DNA from: a virus
Taxonomy: Duplodnaviria > Caudoviricetes
Virus record (IMG/VR): IMGVR_UViG_3300001594_000003
Location: 64,001-128,000 of that record
Reading direction: 5' to 3' (one strand)
DNA length: 64,000 nt
Made by a program: the position numbers and the translations under genes. A model generated the notes under the pieces. That model did not search any database. It saw only the letters and a program-made list of their open reading frames with translations, and was not told the DNA's origin. Below, piece by piece: positions 29,180 to 37,962 of this stretch. Within the stretch, counting starts at the first letter, position 1, and the number at the start of each line of letters is the position of its first letter.

Positions 29180-29467
29180 ATGGAATCGTGGATCAGCAAA
29201 GCGCTTGGATACGCCAAGTATGCAGGTGCTGCCGTCTTAGCGTTAGGGGTTGCAGTTCTACTTCGCAAACAGCCAGTGGCTAAACCGAAGGAGAAGATCG
29301 AGAAGGGACCTGATATGAAGGTCGCTTATGACAATGCCGAGCAACTCGACAAGAAAGAAGAAGTAACCAAAGAACAGCACGGCAAAATAGAAGAAGTGCT
29401 GCAACCAAAGCCAATCACAAACAAACCTCTGCGCGATGCAGTAGATGACTGGAATCGCGACGCTTGA
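29180..29467 (+). CDS. N-terminal TM protein, i-spanin-like
   Basis: AAGGAG RBS; TM YAGAAVLALGVAVLL then charged helix. Confidence 0.55.
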   Translation: MESWISKALGYAKYAGAAVLALGVAVLLRKQPVAKPKEKIEKGPDMKVAYDNAEQLDKKEEVTKEQHGKIEEVLQPKPITNKPLRDAVDDWNRDA

Positions 29468-29480
29468 CTTGGAGACTAAC

Positions 29481-29879
29481 ATGGAACTTCTGGCAGATGC
29501 AGTAAAAAATCTGTTGGGCGTTGAACCATCCATGGCACTCACATACTTGCTATGTGTACTCATCGGTGTAGGTATCAACTGGGCTAAATCCAGCAGGGAA
29601 GCCAACATTAGCCTTATGTCGTACTGGACACGATATCCGATTCGTTCGCAAACGGCTATCATCGGTACAATCTCTGCTTACCTATTCACGGTTATCACTG
29701 ATCCTGAATCAGGCAAGCTGACGTATATCGCTATCGGGTATGCGTGCGACAACCTGCTCAACAAGGTCCCCGTAGAGGGCAAAGCTGCGGATATCATCGC
29801 ACGGCAAGAAGCCGAAGTGATTGTTCAAGAGCAGCGCATAAGGGAATTGACCCAATCGCTCCCACAACAAGGTAGTTAA
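29481..29879 (+). CDS. Multi-TM protein, holin candidate
   Basis: GGAG RBS; 2-3 hydrophobic segments, charged C-tail; lysis-like context. Confidence 0.55.
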   Translation: MELLADAVKNLLGVEPSMALTYLLCVLIGVGINWAKSSREANISLMSYWTRYPIRSQTAIIGTISAYLFTVITDPESGKLTYIAIGYACDNLLNKVPVEGKAADIIARQEAEVIVQEQRIRELTQSLPQQGS

Positions 29880-29881
29880 GC

Positions 29882-30346
29882 ATGAAACTGTTCGCGTTGT
29901 TACTCTCGGTGTTCCTAGTTGGGTGTTCGAGCAACCTACCGAAGCCTGAAATCAGTGATCGCTACTCCAAGCTGGAGACTATGGATCACCTGACTGCTAA
30001 AGCCGCAGTGTTGCCTGCTGTGCCTCAGATCCGCGTAACGCCTATTGACGGCAAAGAGTACGCGGTGCTGGATGCAGACGGCATGAACCAGCTCAATCAG
30101 TTCAGGCAAGCGGCAAAGCAGAACACCGAGGCAGTTGCGCTTTTGATCGAGGCACAGAACGGGCTAATAGATCAGCGCAACCTCATGTTGCAGAATCTTC
30201 GGCTAGAGGAATCCCGCTCCAACTTCTTCGCTGAGAAGTACATGGAGTCGGAGAACTTGCGACGCGAACAGTACGACCAATTTCAAATGGAGCTGATCAT
30301 CCACAAGGTGACGCTCCTTCTATTCGGCGCATTGGTGGTGTTCTGA
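29882..30346 (+). CDS. Lipoprotein with C-terminal TM, spanin-like
   Basis: Lipobox LVGC; C-terminal LIIHKVTLLLFGALVVF. Confidence 0.65.
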   Translation: MKLFALLLSVFLVGCSSNLPKPEISDRYSKLETMDHLTAKAAVLPAVPQIRVTPIDGKEYAVLDADGMNQLNQFRQAAKQNTEAVALLIEAQNGLIDQRNLMLQNLRLEESRSNFFAEKYMESENLRREQYDQFQMELIIHKVTLLLFGALVVF

Positions 30347-30810
30347 TGGACGAAACGATAAAGATCGGCAAGAACTTCACACTCGCCGACGTACAGTTTA
30401 ACGAGATTGCAGTGCGTCTTGGTATGAGCAACGACGTGGTCGATGATCAAGTCATATCGAACGCGCGGCGTCTCGCCAAGAACGTACTGGACCCACTGAT
30501 TGAACAGTTCGGTCATGTGTTCATCACATCGTGGTATCGCAACCAGAATCTGGAGCGCGAGTACAGCCGCAACACCTTTGCTCGCTGGTGTATCGACAAT
30601 CGATTGCCGATCCGAGACGAAGCATGGCAGCAGTACATAGACCAGAAACAGCATCACACTGGTTGTGCCGTGACTATCCGCGCAAAGGACAATGACGAAC
30701 TGTTCGACTACATCAAGGACAATCTGGAGTTCGATACGCTAATGCACAAGAAGCATTGGATCAGTGTCAGCTTCACCCAGAATAACCAAAAACGGGCTAT
30801 TGGTAGATGA
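30346..30810 (+). CDS. Peptidase M15A-fold protein, apparently degenerate
   Basis: IGKNFTLAD..LAKNVLDPL..ITSWYR..QHHTGCAVT..WISVS. Confidence 0.7.
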   Translation: MDETIKIGKNFTLADVQFNEIAVRLGMSNDVVDDQVISNARRLAKNVLDPLIEQFGHVFITSWYRNQNLEREYSRNTFARWCIDNRLPIRDEAWQQYIDQKQHHTGCAVTIRAKDNDELFDYIKDNLEFDTLMHKKHWISVSFTQNNQKRAIGR

Positions 30811-31112
30811 TCATTACTCTTTCTATGGCGCTGCCTTCCCACCATCAAATAGGTGATGAAGTATTTCTACATCCGAATCCGTGGCGCCAAACAACAGAGC
30901 GCAACTCGGGTTTTCTGTGTCGTGTCGATAAGGTAAACTTTAGATCGGGAAAGGTAACGTATGATCTGGCGCTTCACGTAGTGGAAGGTGATGGCGAAGG
31001 TAATCTCGAATCAAGATATTACGATGCCATCACTATAAAGGACGTCGATAGCTCGTTCGTTTACTCGATTAAAGATTTGGAAGAAAAGGACCATACGCAT
31101 GAAAGTTCGTAA
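30807..31112 (+). CDS. Hypothetical protein
   Basis: ATGA coupling, 101 aa. Confidence 0.7.
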   Translation: MIITLSMALPSHHQIGDEVFLHPNPWRQTTERNSGFLCRVDKVNFRSGKVTYDLALHVVEGDGEGNLESRYYDAITIKDVDSSFVYSIKDLEEKDHTHESS

Positions 31113-31803
31113 GCAGAGCGGCTGCGTAGTCTTTCGCTACAACCGCAACTTCGATTACGAGATACTGCTGGTCAAGTCCAGTGATGGTAAAGAGTGGGTA
31201 TTTCCGAAGGGTGGTGTAGAGTCTGATCTGACTGCGAAAGAGTCTGCCGCCAAAGAAGTGTATGAGGAAGCAGGCGTAGCGGGTAACATCCTGCAGACAC
31301 TCGGCAAGTACGAGTACAAGAAGAAGGGTCGCGACCAGAAAGTCACCATGTACTCGATGCTGTACACGCACGACACACCAGACTGGCCGGAGAAAGGACT
31401 ACGCAAGCGCAAGTGGTTCAGTTTTAAAGAAGCGCAGAAGAAACTACCGAAGATACTGCGTCCATTCCTGAAGGAGTTGAAGAACGGGAATGCGTTGGCG
31501 TTGAGTGCAAGCAATACGCTATCGCACTTAGCTGACCATTTCCGTGAACTGCCCGTGCTCAGCCAACACCCGTCAGAGGTTACCGTGGACGACGCAGACA
31601 ACTGCGTGTACATATCGGTATCGTTACCTAACGGCGATTTGCGATTGCAGATTGAGGAATGGGAACAGCACCCACTGTCACAAGCTCTTACCGTACACTA
31701 TGAGTTTTCGGGCGAAGACGAGAATCACGGCCACTTCAAGCGCAGCTCGCTGGATAGAGTGGTTGGTCACGTTGCACGTATCGTCGGAAAGTATGTAAGT
31801 TAG
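31099..31803 (+). CDS. Nudix hydrolase with C-terminal extension
   Basis: WVFPKGGVESDLTAKESAAKEVYEEAGV Nudix box. Confidence 0.9.
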   Translation: MKVRKQSGCVVFRYNRNFDYEILLVKSSDGKEWVFPKGGVESDLTAKESAAKEVYEEAGVAGNILQTLGKYEYKKKGRDQKVTMYSMLYTHDTPDWPEKGLRKRKWFSFKEAQKKLPKILRPFLKELKNGNALALSASNTLSHLADHFRELPVLSQHPSEVTVDDADNCVYISVSLPNGDLRLQIEEWEQHPLSQALTVHYEFSGEDENHGHFKRSSLDRVVGHVARIVGKYVS

Positions 31804-31808
31804 ACCTG

Positions 31809-31836
31809 AAAAAGGGAGCCACTTGGGCTCCCTTTT
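31809..31836. terminator. Bidirectional terminator between convergent blocks
   Basis: AAAAAGGGAGCC-ACTTG-GGCTCCCTTTT. Confidence 0.9.
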
Positions 31837-31852
31837 GTTGGCTTACGGAAAG

Positions 31853-31879
31853 AAAAACGGAGAGCCGAAGCTCCCCGTT
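31853..31879 (-). terminator. Intrinsic terminator with UUCG loop
   Basis: Minus strand AACGGGGAGC-TTCG-GCTCTCCGTTTTT. Confidence 0.85.
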
Positions 31880-32023
31880 GTAGCTCTGCTATAGAGCCGG
31901 CTTTCGCCTTCCGCACTTTGTTAACCGAGTCGTGGTATCTCGGAGATACAGGATCACCTCCCGCTGCAATGGCGTGAGAAGTGTCTCTCGCCCGCATATA
32001 GAAATTAGCTTTCGCGGGAGGTG
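31853..32023 (-). ncRNA. Candidate structured small RNA (or small-ORF mRNA)
   Basis: Stacked hairpins including GGC-GAAA-GCC, own terminator, TAATTT motif at 32007-32002, GGAGGTGATCC at 31961-31951. Confidence 0.5.
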
Positions 32024-32026
32024 CTG

Positions 32027-32401
32027 TTATTTGTTGAGCTTGGTGTACATGCGGAACACGTCAGCATTAAACTGACCCAACAACACCTCCTTCTCTTGTT
32101 TAGTGAACTCACGGTTATCGCCGAATTGAATGTTGGCAATCAGAGTCCAGAAGCCCTTACCCGGAAGTCCCGCGTCGGTTCCTGACTTGCGTACCACGAT
32201 CGCAGTGAGAGGCGGTAGCCGATGGCTTTCACAGAAGACGAAAATGTCTTCCAAGATAGGTGTCAGTGTGGAACCCAACTGGTTTCCGCTACTGGGCAGA
32301 CCAAACTGTAGCGCGATCTGCTCGTAGTTTGTGGTCTCCCCTACGCTTGCTTTTTCTACAAGGTAGGCGTATACGCGAGAGTTGATGCTTGCTTCTGCCA
32401 T
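32027..32401 (-). CDS. Hypothetical protein, winged-helix-like
   Basis: TNYEQIA..LPPLTAIVVRK..PGKGF; GGAG RBS. Confidence 0.7.
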   Translation of the reverse strand: MAEASINSRVYAYLVEKASVGETTNYEQIALQFGLPSSGNQLGSTLTPILEDIFVFCESHRLPPLTAIVVRKSGTDAGLPGKGFWTLIANIQFGDNREFTKQEKEVLLGQFNADVFRMYTKLNK

Positions 32402-32455
32402 GTGGCTTTACTCCAAGACCTGTGAGGTCTGACTATCAATCGACGGAATTGTCGA

Positions 32456-32986
32456 TCAATCCGTTTCTCTAATGGTACCGTCTGCATTGGCTTGAATATG
32501 CCGTGCGAACATCAGGTTCCCATAGATGATAAACTGCGAGGCCACGTTATATGCACGACTTAGCATATCCCGAGGCTCCATGTTTTCTGCGTGAGCTACG
32601 TCAAAAGACTTTACAGTTTGGGTCAAATGATCATGGATAGCGTCCATGTCATTGTTATCCAGATGGGAGAATGAGAATTGGCGCCGCGCCTTATTCAGAT
32701 TCTCCATATCGCCCGCTATGATGTTCTTGCGTAGTTGCGATAGCTGTTCTTCTTGGGGCCATGGCATTGTCCGATGCAGACCAACAAGACAAGTGCGCCG
32801 CGCAGTACCTTCAAACCACGAGCAAATGAAAGCGCCACGACTGCGACTCTTATTCAGATCAGGCTCCAAGAGTCCACTGAATCCTGCACGCGAAGCTACC
32901 GTGCGAAGGAATTCGATCTGATGTGGAGTTAGGTTCATCACATCATTGTCGATGAACGTGCTTGGGCTAATCTGAATATCTGTCAT
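32456..32986 (-). CDS. Hypothetical protein
   Basis: ORF track, GGAG RBS. Confidence 0.7.
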   Translation of the reverse strand: MTDIQISPSTFIDNDVMNLTPHQIEFLRTVASRAGFSGLLEPDLNKSRSRGAFICSWFEGTARRTCLVGLHRTMPWPQEEQLSQLRKNIIAGDMENLNKARRQFSFSHLDNNDMDAIHDHLTQTVKSFDVAHAENMEPRDMLSRAYNVASQFIIYGNLMFARHIQANADGTIRETD

Positions 32987-32989
32987 CGG

Positions 32990-33289
32990 TTACTCCGCAT
33001 GTTTGATGGTGCTTATTAGTGGAAGCTCAAGTACAGCCGCCAAATACGAATGTTTGTCTCGAACCCACGATGGGTTGATTGCGCCCCAATCCTTTAGTTT
33101 ATATAGTGTATCTCCATTCTCCATCTTCTCGACTTCAATTGCCATGCCGAGATTTGGAATATCGTTTATGACGATTTGGTGTATCCTCTTTACGGACATA
33201 CCGGTCAACTCAAACAGTCGATGAAGCGTATTGTGTCCGTTCGACAATGCTAGGGCTAAATAATAAGCCTTGAAGATGACTGTGTTCAT
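32990..33289 (-). CDS. Winged HTH protein
   Basis: LFELTGMSVKRIHQIV..YKLKDWGAINPSWV. Confidence 0.7.
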   Translation of the reverse strand: MNTVIFKAYYLALALSNGHNTLHRLFELTGMSVKRIHQIVINDIPNLGMAIEVEKMENGDTLYKLKDWGAINPSWVRDKHSYLAAVLELPLISTIKHAE

Positions 33290-33591
33290 GCCGCCTCCAG
33301 CAGTTCTTTCATTTGGTCCAGTTCAAACTCATGGTTAAGTTCGACAGCTACTAGATACTCTCGCATAAGGAGAAAGTCATCGTAGATTGGTTTCAGGTTG
33401 AATTGATTCTTTGGCAATGCAGCCAGTACGCTATGGTATACCTTGAGAGCACCCATCGCTTCTGCGCAAGCAAAGACCGCAATCTTACCTTGAGCATTAG
33501 ACGGCCGCTCAACCAGCTCTTGCAGTTCTTCATTGGCGTGCTTTACCAGCTCACGCACCTTGATTTCGAGTTGTTGTCTTGGGCTTTTCAC
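33286..33591 (-). CDS. Hypothetical protein
   Basis: ATGA coupling. Confidence 0.7.
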   Translation of the reverse strand: MKSPRQQLEIKVRELVKHANEELQELVERPSNAQGKIAVFACAEAMGALKVYHSVLAALPKNQFNLKPIYDDFLLMREYLVAVELNHEFELDQMKELLEAA

Positions 33592-33612
33592 TTTCTTCTC
33601 CCGGCGAGAACA

Positions 33613-33855
33613 TCATTCAATGAAAACTCCGTTGTCCCGTTTCGCCCACTGGCGAGCGTTTCGACTCGCTTCTATCTCAGTATCAAAATGGAACCGATGA
33701 GCTTCTGTCCAAAACCAACCTAGCCCTGCGCCGCGCATTTCGACATACCAACCTTCAAGCCGATATACGTCGTCACCGCCATAAGTGATGCGATATTGCT
33801 TTTGTTCTGGTCCAGAAAGCAGTCGTTTAATACCAGCTTTGATCATCGTCAGCAT
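33613..33855 (-). CDS. Hypothetical protein
   Basis: Likely start MLTMIK. Confidence 0.6.
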   Translation of the reverse strand: MLTMIKAGIKRLLSGPEQKQYRITYGGDDVYRLEGWYVEMRGAGLGWFWTEAHRFHFDTEIEASRNARQWAKRDNGVFIE

Positions 33856-34120
33856 CTTGGATTTCTTCCAGTTGGTCTTCTGGCATAGTGCGCTTCTGTT
33901 CTTTGGTGCCAGTACGTGTCCACGCGTTTCGACGCACGTAATGGGTTCCAGCCCAGTATTGACCGCCCCTGCCCTTACACGGCTCACCTACAATAGACTT
34001 GCATAGCGAACATTCGACTTCGACAACACATCGCTCTGTATACACCCATCGACCGCGCTCATTTGGCACACGTACAAACACCTTATCAGGTTTGCGCGAC
34101 TCCATGGCAGCTACGATCAT
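33827..34120 (-). CDS. Hypothetical Zn-finger protein
   Basis: CSLC..GEPC..H; start MIVAAM after AGGA. Confidence 0.65.
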   Translation of the reverse strand: MIVAAMESRKPDKVFVRVPNERGRWVYTERCVVEVECSLCKSIVGEPCKGRGGQYWAGTHYVRRNAWTRTGTKEQKRTMPEDQLEEIQDADDDQSWY

Positions 34121-34121
34121 G

Positions 34122-34466
34122 CTATTTTCCTTTGAGTTTGTCGTTGACGTGAAGAAACGCGAGCTTGCGAGCTTTATGGCTAGCGGCCACTTCGATGGCT
34201 TCATCCACATAGGTTTCAAACTTCTCCCGAACCTTGGCTTCCAGCTTCTTGGTGAAAGCGTCAGAATCCCATAGTTCCTCAAAGAGCTTTTCGACTTTCT
34301 CGCGGATCAATTCGCGTCCAACACCTACCTTTTGAGCATAACCGGAAGGCTGAAACATCGTGCGCAGACAGGCATTGAGTTCTTCCGTCTGTACTTCTTC
34401 CGCACGCTTGAGCATCGCAGCTTTGAGTTGTTCGGTGTTTACGTTGAAGCCGACTTTGATTTCCAT
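34122..34466 (-). CDS. Hypothetical protein
   Basis: ORF track, operon packing. Confidence 0.7.
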   Translation of the reverse strand: MEIKVGFNVNTEQLKAAMLKRAEEVQTEELNACLRTMFQPSGYAQKVGVGRELIREKVEKLFEELWDSDAFTKKLEAKVREKFETYVDEAIEVAASHKARKLAFLHVNDKLKGK

Positions 34467-34468
34467 TT

Positions 34469-34828
34469 TTACTTACCCATCAACTTGTTGACTTGCTTGA
34501 CTACGCTATCTCCGTGACAGCGCTTCGGTTTGCAGAAGCAGATCAGTCGAACGTCATGACCCTTCTTTAACCAATGTGCGATCTGGTTCAGCTTATCAAC
34601 GACGGCCTCGTTCCGATTGTCGATTTGGGCCTGTAGCCATTCATCGTACAGGTCACATACACGATCGCGGTCAGACTCTGTTCGCAATACATGAGGGTTA
34701 CCGAGTACACTAGGGCGACCAATGAACTCCTCGATCACGATGTTTTCAGGGTCGTGCTGAATCTTCGGTCGCTTGGAATCATTGATCAGGCTGAGCGTGC
34801 CTGTACGTTTTACGAATAGCCCCAGCAT
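34469..34828 (-). CDS. DUF4326-like protein
   Basis: IGRPSVLGNP..LICFCKPKRCHGD. Confidence 0.8.
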   Translation of the reverse strand: MLGLFVKRTGTLSLINDSKRPKIQHDPENIVIEEFIGRPSVLGNPHVLRTESDRDRVCDLYDEWLQAQIDNRNEAVVDKLNQIAHWLKKGHDVRLICFCKPKRCHGDSVVKQVNKLMGK

Positions 34829-34831
34829 CGT

Positions 34832-34954
34832 CTATGTCCTGTTCTTGCGTTTGTCTTTCTTCTTGTCTGCTTTAGGTATATTCATCGGTTGAGGATGTAC
34901 ATACCCGATTTGGCGCTCATTCAAGTAAACGATACTACCGGCATTGTGTTCCAT
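34832..34954 (-). CDS. 40-aa basic microprotein (not in ORF track)
   Basis: GGAG RBS; MEHNAGSIVYLNERQIGYVHPQPMNIPKADKKKDKRKNRT fills the gap exactly. Confidence 0.6.
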   Translation of the reverse strand: MEHNAGSIVYLNERQIGYVHPQPMNIPKADKKKDKRKNRT

Positions 34955-34963
34955 GTTAACTCC

Positions 34964-35479
34964 TTAGATTGCGAAGGCTGCGGCGCATGGCTCAAGAGAA
35001 AACTCTCGACTGGCAAGGTGAACAGCCAAACTGTCTACTCCGTGCAAAACGTAGCACTGATCGCCAATGTTCACGTAACAGTTGATCACGTCGTTCTGCT
35101 TATCCGCACGAACATGATATCCACACACGCGAATGCAATCATGGCGCTTGTCATAGACAATCGATTCGGACCAATCGTTGTACAGTGCCAGAAAGACATT
35201 CGCAGTCACACTGGCATCAACCTGCATGAGTAGGCCAACAATAACACTGAACTCCGATCGGTACAACTCGATAGTAACGATACCCACATTTGTATGAATG
35301 GATAGCGTCACGCTACGCAGAAACGGAATGGCCTCGGCAACCTTTTCACCTGCTGCATTGAACACCAGCAGAGTGTTCTTGTCGGTGCAGTCTGAGGTGT
35401 ACGGCGACTTCTCAATAGCCGTTCGAAAGTCTTCGATAAGCACGGAGCGCTGTACTGCCATAATTAAGCGATTATTCAC
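34964..35479 (-). CDS. Hypothetical protein
   Basis: ORF track; start uncertain. Confidence 0.6.
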   Translation of the reverse strand: MNNRLIMAVQRSVLIEDFRTAIEKSPYTSDCTDKNTLLVFNAAGEKVAEAIPFLRSVTLSIHTNVGIVTIELYRSEFSVIVGLLMQVDASVTANVFLALYNDWSESIVYDKRHDCIRVCGYHVRADKQNDVINCYVNIGDQCYVLHGVDSLAVHLASREFSLEPCAAAFAI

Positions 35480-36377
35480 CATCGTCTTCATAATCACGGG
35501 TCCATGCGAGTTCTGGTCGGCAATCACACACAACGAAGGATCGATATTCTTTGCGTGCTACTGCCAGTGCAATAGCTTCTACTGCTAGAGGATCAGAGTC
35601 GAGTTTTGCGCTGATCAAGTCCAGATCGTTGCTGACAAGATCGAAACCTACTTCAACCATGCGAACGTTCTTCGCTTCCATCATCAGCAGATACGGAACG
35701 TTGCGGTAAAACTTCTCCTCGTCGTACTCGAAAGCCGCTACGCCCATTTCGCGCTCAGGCGTAGGAGATTTGAGCAGCTTGATATCGCTGCGGTACGTGA
35801 TGTTGTCGAGCTCCTTAAACACTTCCGTCGAATCGAACAGATTCACCAGCTTGTTTAGGTTTTCAACGTGCCAACGGCGGTATCCGAAGCTGACCCTGAA
35901 TTGAGTCGTGCCGCGATAACTCTCGTCATTTCGATAGTGGTTGTATGAGATTGTGGCAAAGAACTTATCAGGCCACGAAGCGAACGCGATTTGAATAACC
36001 GGTGCTGTGTTCGACTTATCGGAGAATCCCGTGAGTGTGTACACAAGATCGGAGTTGCTAAGCAGTTCCGTTTTCTTCAGGCGTTCAACATGCTTGCGCA
36101 TTTCCTGACGCTGATGGCGATGCTTGTGTCGGAGGTCTGCCTCGTGCTGCAAATATTGTTTTGTATACGTAACAACGTTTACAGGTCGAACAGTGCGTTC
36201 CAAGTTACCAAATCGAAGTTTGCCTGTGGTCTTGCTGCGAACGTGCAGATAGGTCCACATGCCATCGATTCTAATGTACACGCTGCTGCCGTGCGCTTCG
36301 AGAACGAATTTTCGACGAGGAAAGGCTTCTTTCAACTGACCCATAAGTCGAGTTGCAAATTCTAGGTAAGTGCTCAT
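35472..36377 (-). CDS. Hypothetical protein
   Basis: 301 aa, ATGA coupling. Confidence 0.75.
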   Translation of the reverse strand: MSTYLEFATRLMGQLKEAFPRRKFVLEAHGSSVYIRIDGMWTYLHVRSKTTGKLRFGNLERTVRPVNVVTYTKQYLQHEADLRHKHRHQRQEMRKHVERLKKTELLSNSDLVYTLTGFSDKSNTAPVIQIAFASWPDKFFATISYNHYRNDESYRGTTQFRVSFGYRRWHVENLNKLVNLFDSTEVFKELDNITYRSDIKLLKSPTPEREMGVAAFEYDEEKFYRNVPYLLMMEAKNVRMVEVGFDLVSNDLDLISAKLDSDPLAVEAIALAVARKEYRSFVVCDCRPELAWTRDYEDDGE

Positions 36378-36784
36378 TGCTCAATCTCTGGAACTGTGTA
36401 GGTTCGTTTACGGTCAACTAAGACTAACTTACCACGTAATGGTTCTGGACCGCACTCAGTAATAACTGCACACGCTCTCCAGTATTTACCTCGACAGCTA
36501 CCTGCACGAAGTTGCATTGTGTATAACCCCTGACGAATGTGGATTCGTCCATCACCGAATTGCTTTGGCGACACGACTGGGCACAGCAAGAAGCGCAGTA
36601 AGCTCATGAGAAAAATGGATAGCGGTTGTTTGAGTTGATCGGCGTGCGTAATGTCGATACCAAAGTTTTCATGCACGGATTGAATCACCGTGATTTCCGA
36701 AAGTACCTTGAAGGATAGCGTCATTGTAACTGCACGCACGATTATGAAAACTGGAATCGCAACCAGTAATATGTCAGCGACCAT
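36374..36784 (-). CDS. Membrane protein
   Basis: Two hydrophobic segments. Confidence 0.65.
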   Translation of the reverse strand: MVADILLVAIPVFIIVRAVTMTLSFKVLSEITVIQSVHENFGIDITHADQLKQPLSIFLMSLLRFLLCPVVSPKQFGDGRIHIRQGLYTMQLRAGSCRGKYWRACAVITECGPEPLRGKLVLVDRKRTYTVPEIEQ

Positions 36785-37076
36785 AGAAATTCTTCAAGGA
36801 AGTCTCCCAAGATAGAGCTTGCTCTTTTATGATTAGAGTGTCTTGCGGCCGTGATTCGATGCCCAAAGAGTCACTCTCACCGTAAGCCTCAAGCTCGCCG
36901 GTTTCGGTTAGTCGAATGAACCCAGCCGAAACGATCTTCTTGTCTTTGAGGTCTCGATGGCGTTCAAGCAGACGACGCATATCAGCGTGTACGATATAGA
37001 ACGGAAAGATGAAAGGCAGTTCCAGTTCAAGTCCGCTTTGGCTTACGCCGGCCAGCATAACGTATTTCATTTGCAT
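36774..37076 (-). CDS. Hypothetical protein
   Basis: PFIFP..HADM..VSAGF..GESDSLGIESR. Confidence 0.75.
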   Translation of the reverse strand: MQMKYVMLAGVSQSGLELELPFIFPFYIVHADMRRLLERHRDLKDKKIVSAGFIRLTETGELEAYGESDSLGIESRPQDTLIIKEQALSWETSLKNFYGR

Positions 37077-37091
37077 GTTTGTATTTCCATG

Positions 37092-37487
37092 TTAGACCAG
37101 ATACGGCTTCAATTCCTTAGCATACACTGCAAACGTAGACCAACCAAGAACTTCAATGTTGATCTTCACATTGACACCTTCAAGGATAAACCCTCGAATA
37201 ACAGCAACGTCGCCGTTGTACCATACAAGCATCCCTTCAACAGGTGTCCACTTAGGTACGTCTACTTCTTCTGTAAAGGAAGCCTCAAGCCGAGCGTTAA
37301 TCTCGGCTGTGGTGCTGCGTGAGTTTTGTCGTGCGCTTTCAGCCAGACGACCCAGAAGGCCGTTGTTGAAACGAACGGTTGACTTCTCAATTCGAGCCCC
37401 TACTTCTCGAAGAAAGTCCATGTTGCTGCACATAACGTATGCTCCTTGTGTCGTTTCTTGTGCTTTACAGTTAAACGTCAGGAGCAA
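37092..37487 (-). CDS. Arc/AmrZ-type ribbon-helix-helix DNA-binding protein
   Basis: STVRFNNGLLGRLAESARQNSRSTTAEINARLEASF; true start probably internal. Confidence 0.75.
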   Translation of the reverse strand: MLLTFNCKAQETTQGAYVMCSNMDFLREVGARIEKSTVRFNNGLLGRLAESARQNSRSTTAEINARLEASFTEEVDVPKWTPVEGMLVWYNGDVAVIRGFILEGVNVKINIEVLGWSTFAVYAKELKPYLV

Positions 37488-37959
37488 CGAAGATGCCGTT
37501 GAAGTTTGGCACGATTACTAGCGGCAGTCCGAATATGCCGTTATCGAACTGAGAGCGGATGCCTGGTGAATCTACGAAACCCGATCGCTGTATGTGGTTA
37601 CCGAAAGAGAAGGGCACTTTCATCGGATGAAAGTCTGCGCGATCTGCCTGCACGAACTCGTTGCGCCAGTGGTTTACGAAGTCTTGGCCGAGGTAGATAC
37701 ACTTCGGCTCCATGTTCATTTCACGCAGTTCCATTATCTGAACTCTGGCTGCATTGATAACGCTATCGTACTCAACAGGAATACGAATGGTTTCAGTTTT
37801 CTGTATCGGCACTATTGCTTGTTGTCCGAACTTGCGCAAAACGAGCATAGCCAGTTTTTGCATCCAGACGAGCTTGCCGTCACGATTGACTTCCCAGCCC
37901 AACTTTTCCTGTGCAACGGTGCTGCGATTTTTACGTACTAGGAGTGTGAGAACTTGCAT
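37471..37959 (-). CDS. Hypothetical protein
   Basis: ORF track. Confidence 0.7.
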   Translation of the reverse strand: MQVLTLLVRKNRSTVAQEKLGWEVNRDGKLVWMQKLAMLVLRKFGQQAIVPIQKTETIRIPVEYDSVINAARVQIMELREMNMEPKCIYLGQDFVNHWRNEFVQADRADFHPMKVPFSFGNHIQRSGFVDSPGIRSQFDNGIFGLPLVIVPNFNGIFVAPDV

Positions 37960-37962
37960 GAG

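Noticed and set aside
31800-31997. 65-aa minus-strand ORF
   Set aside because: Runs through two terminators and has no RBS; region better explained as structured RNA
31880-32000. tRNA, ribozyme or RsmY/Z-like identity for the structured RNA
   Set aside because: No cloverleaf or TTCGA arm, no hammerhead core, too few loop GGA motifs
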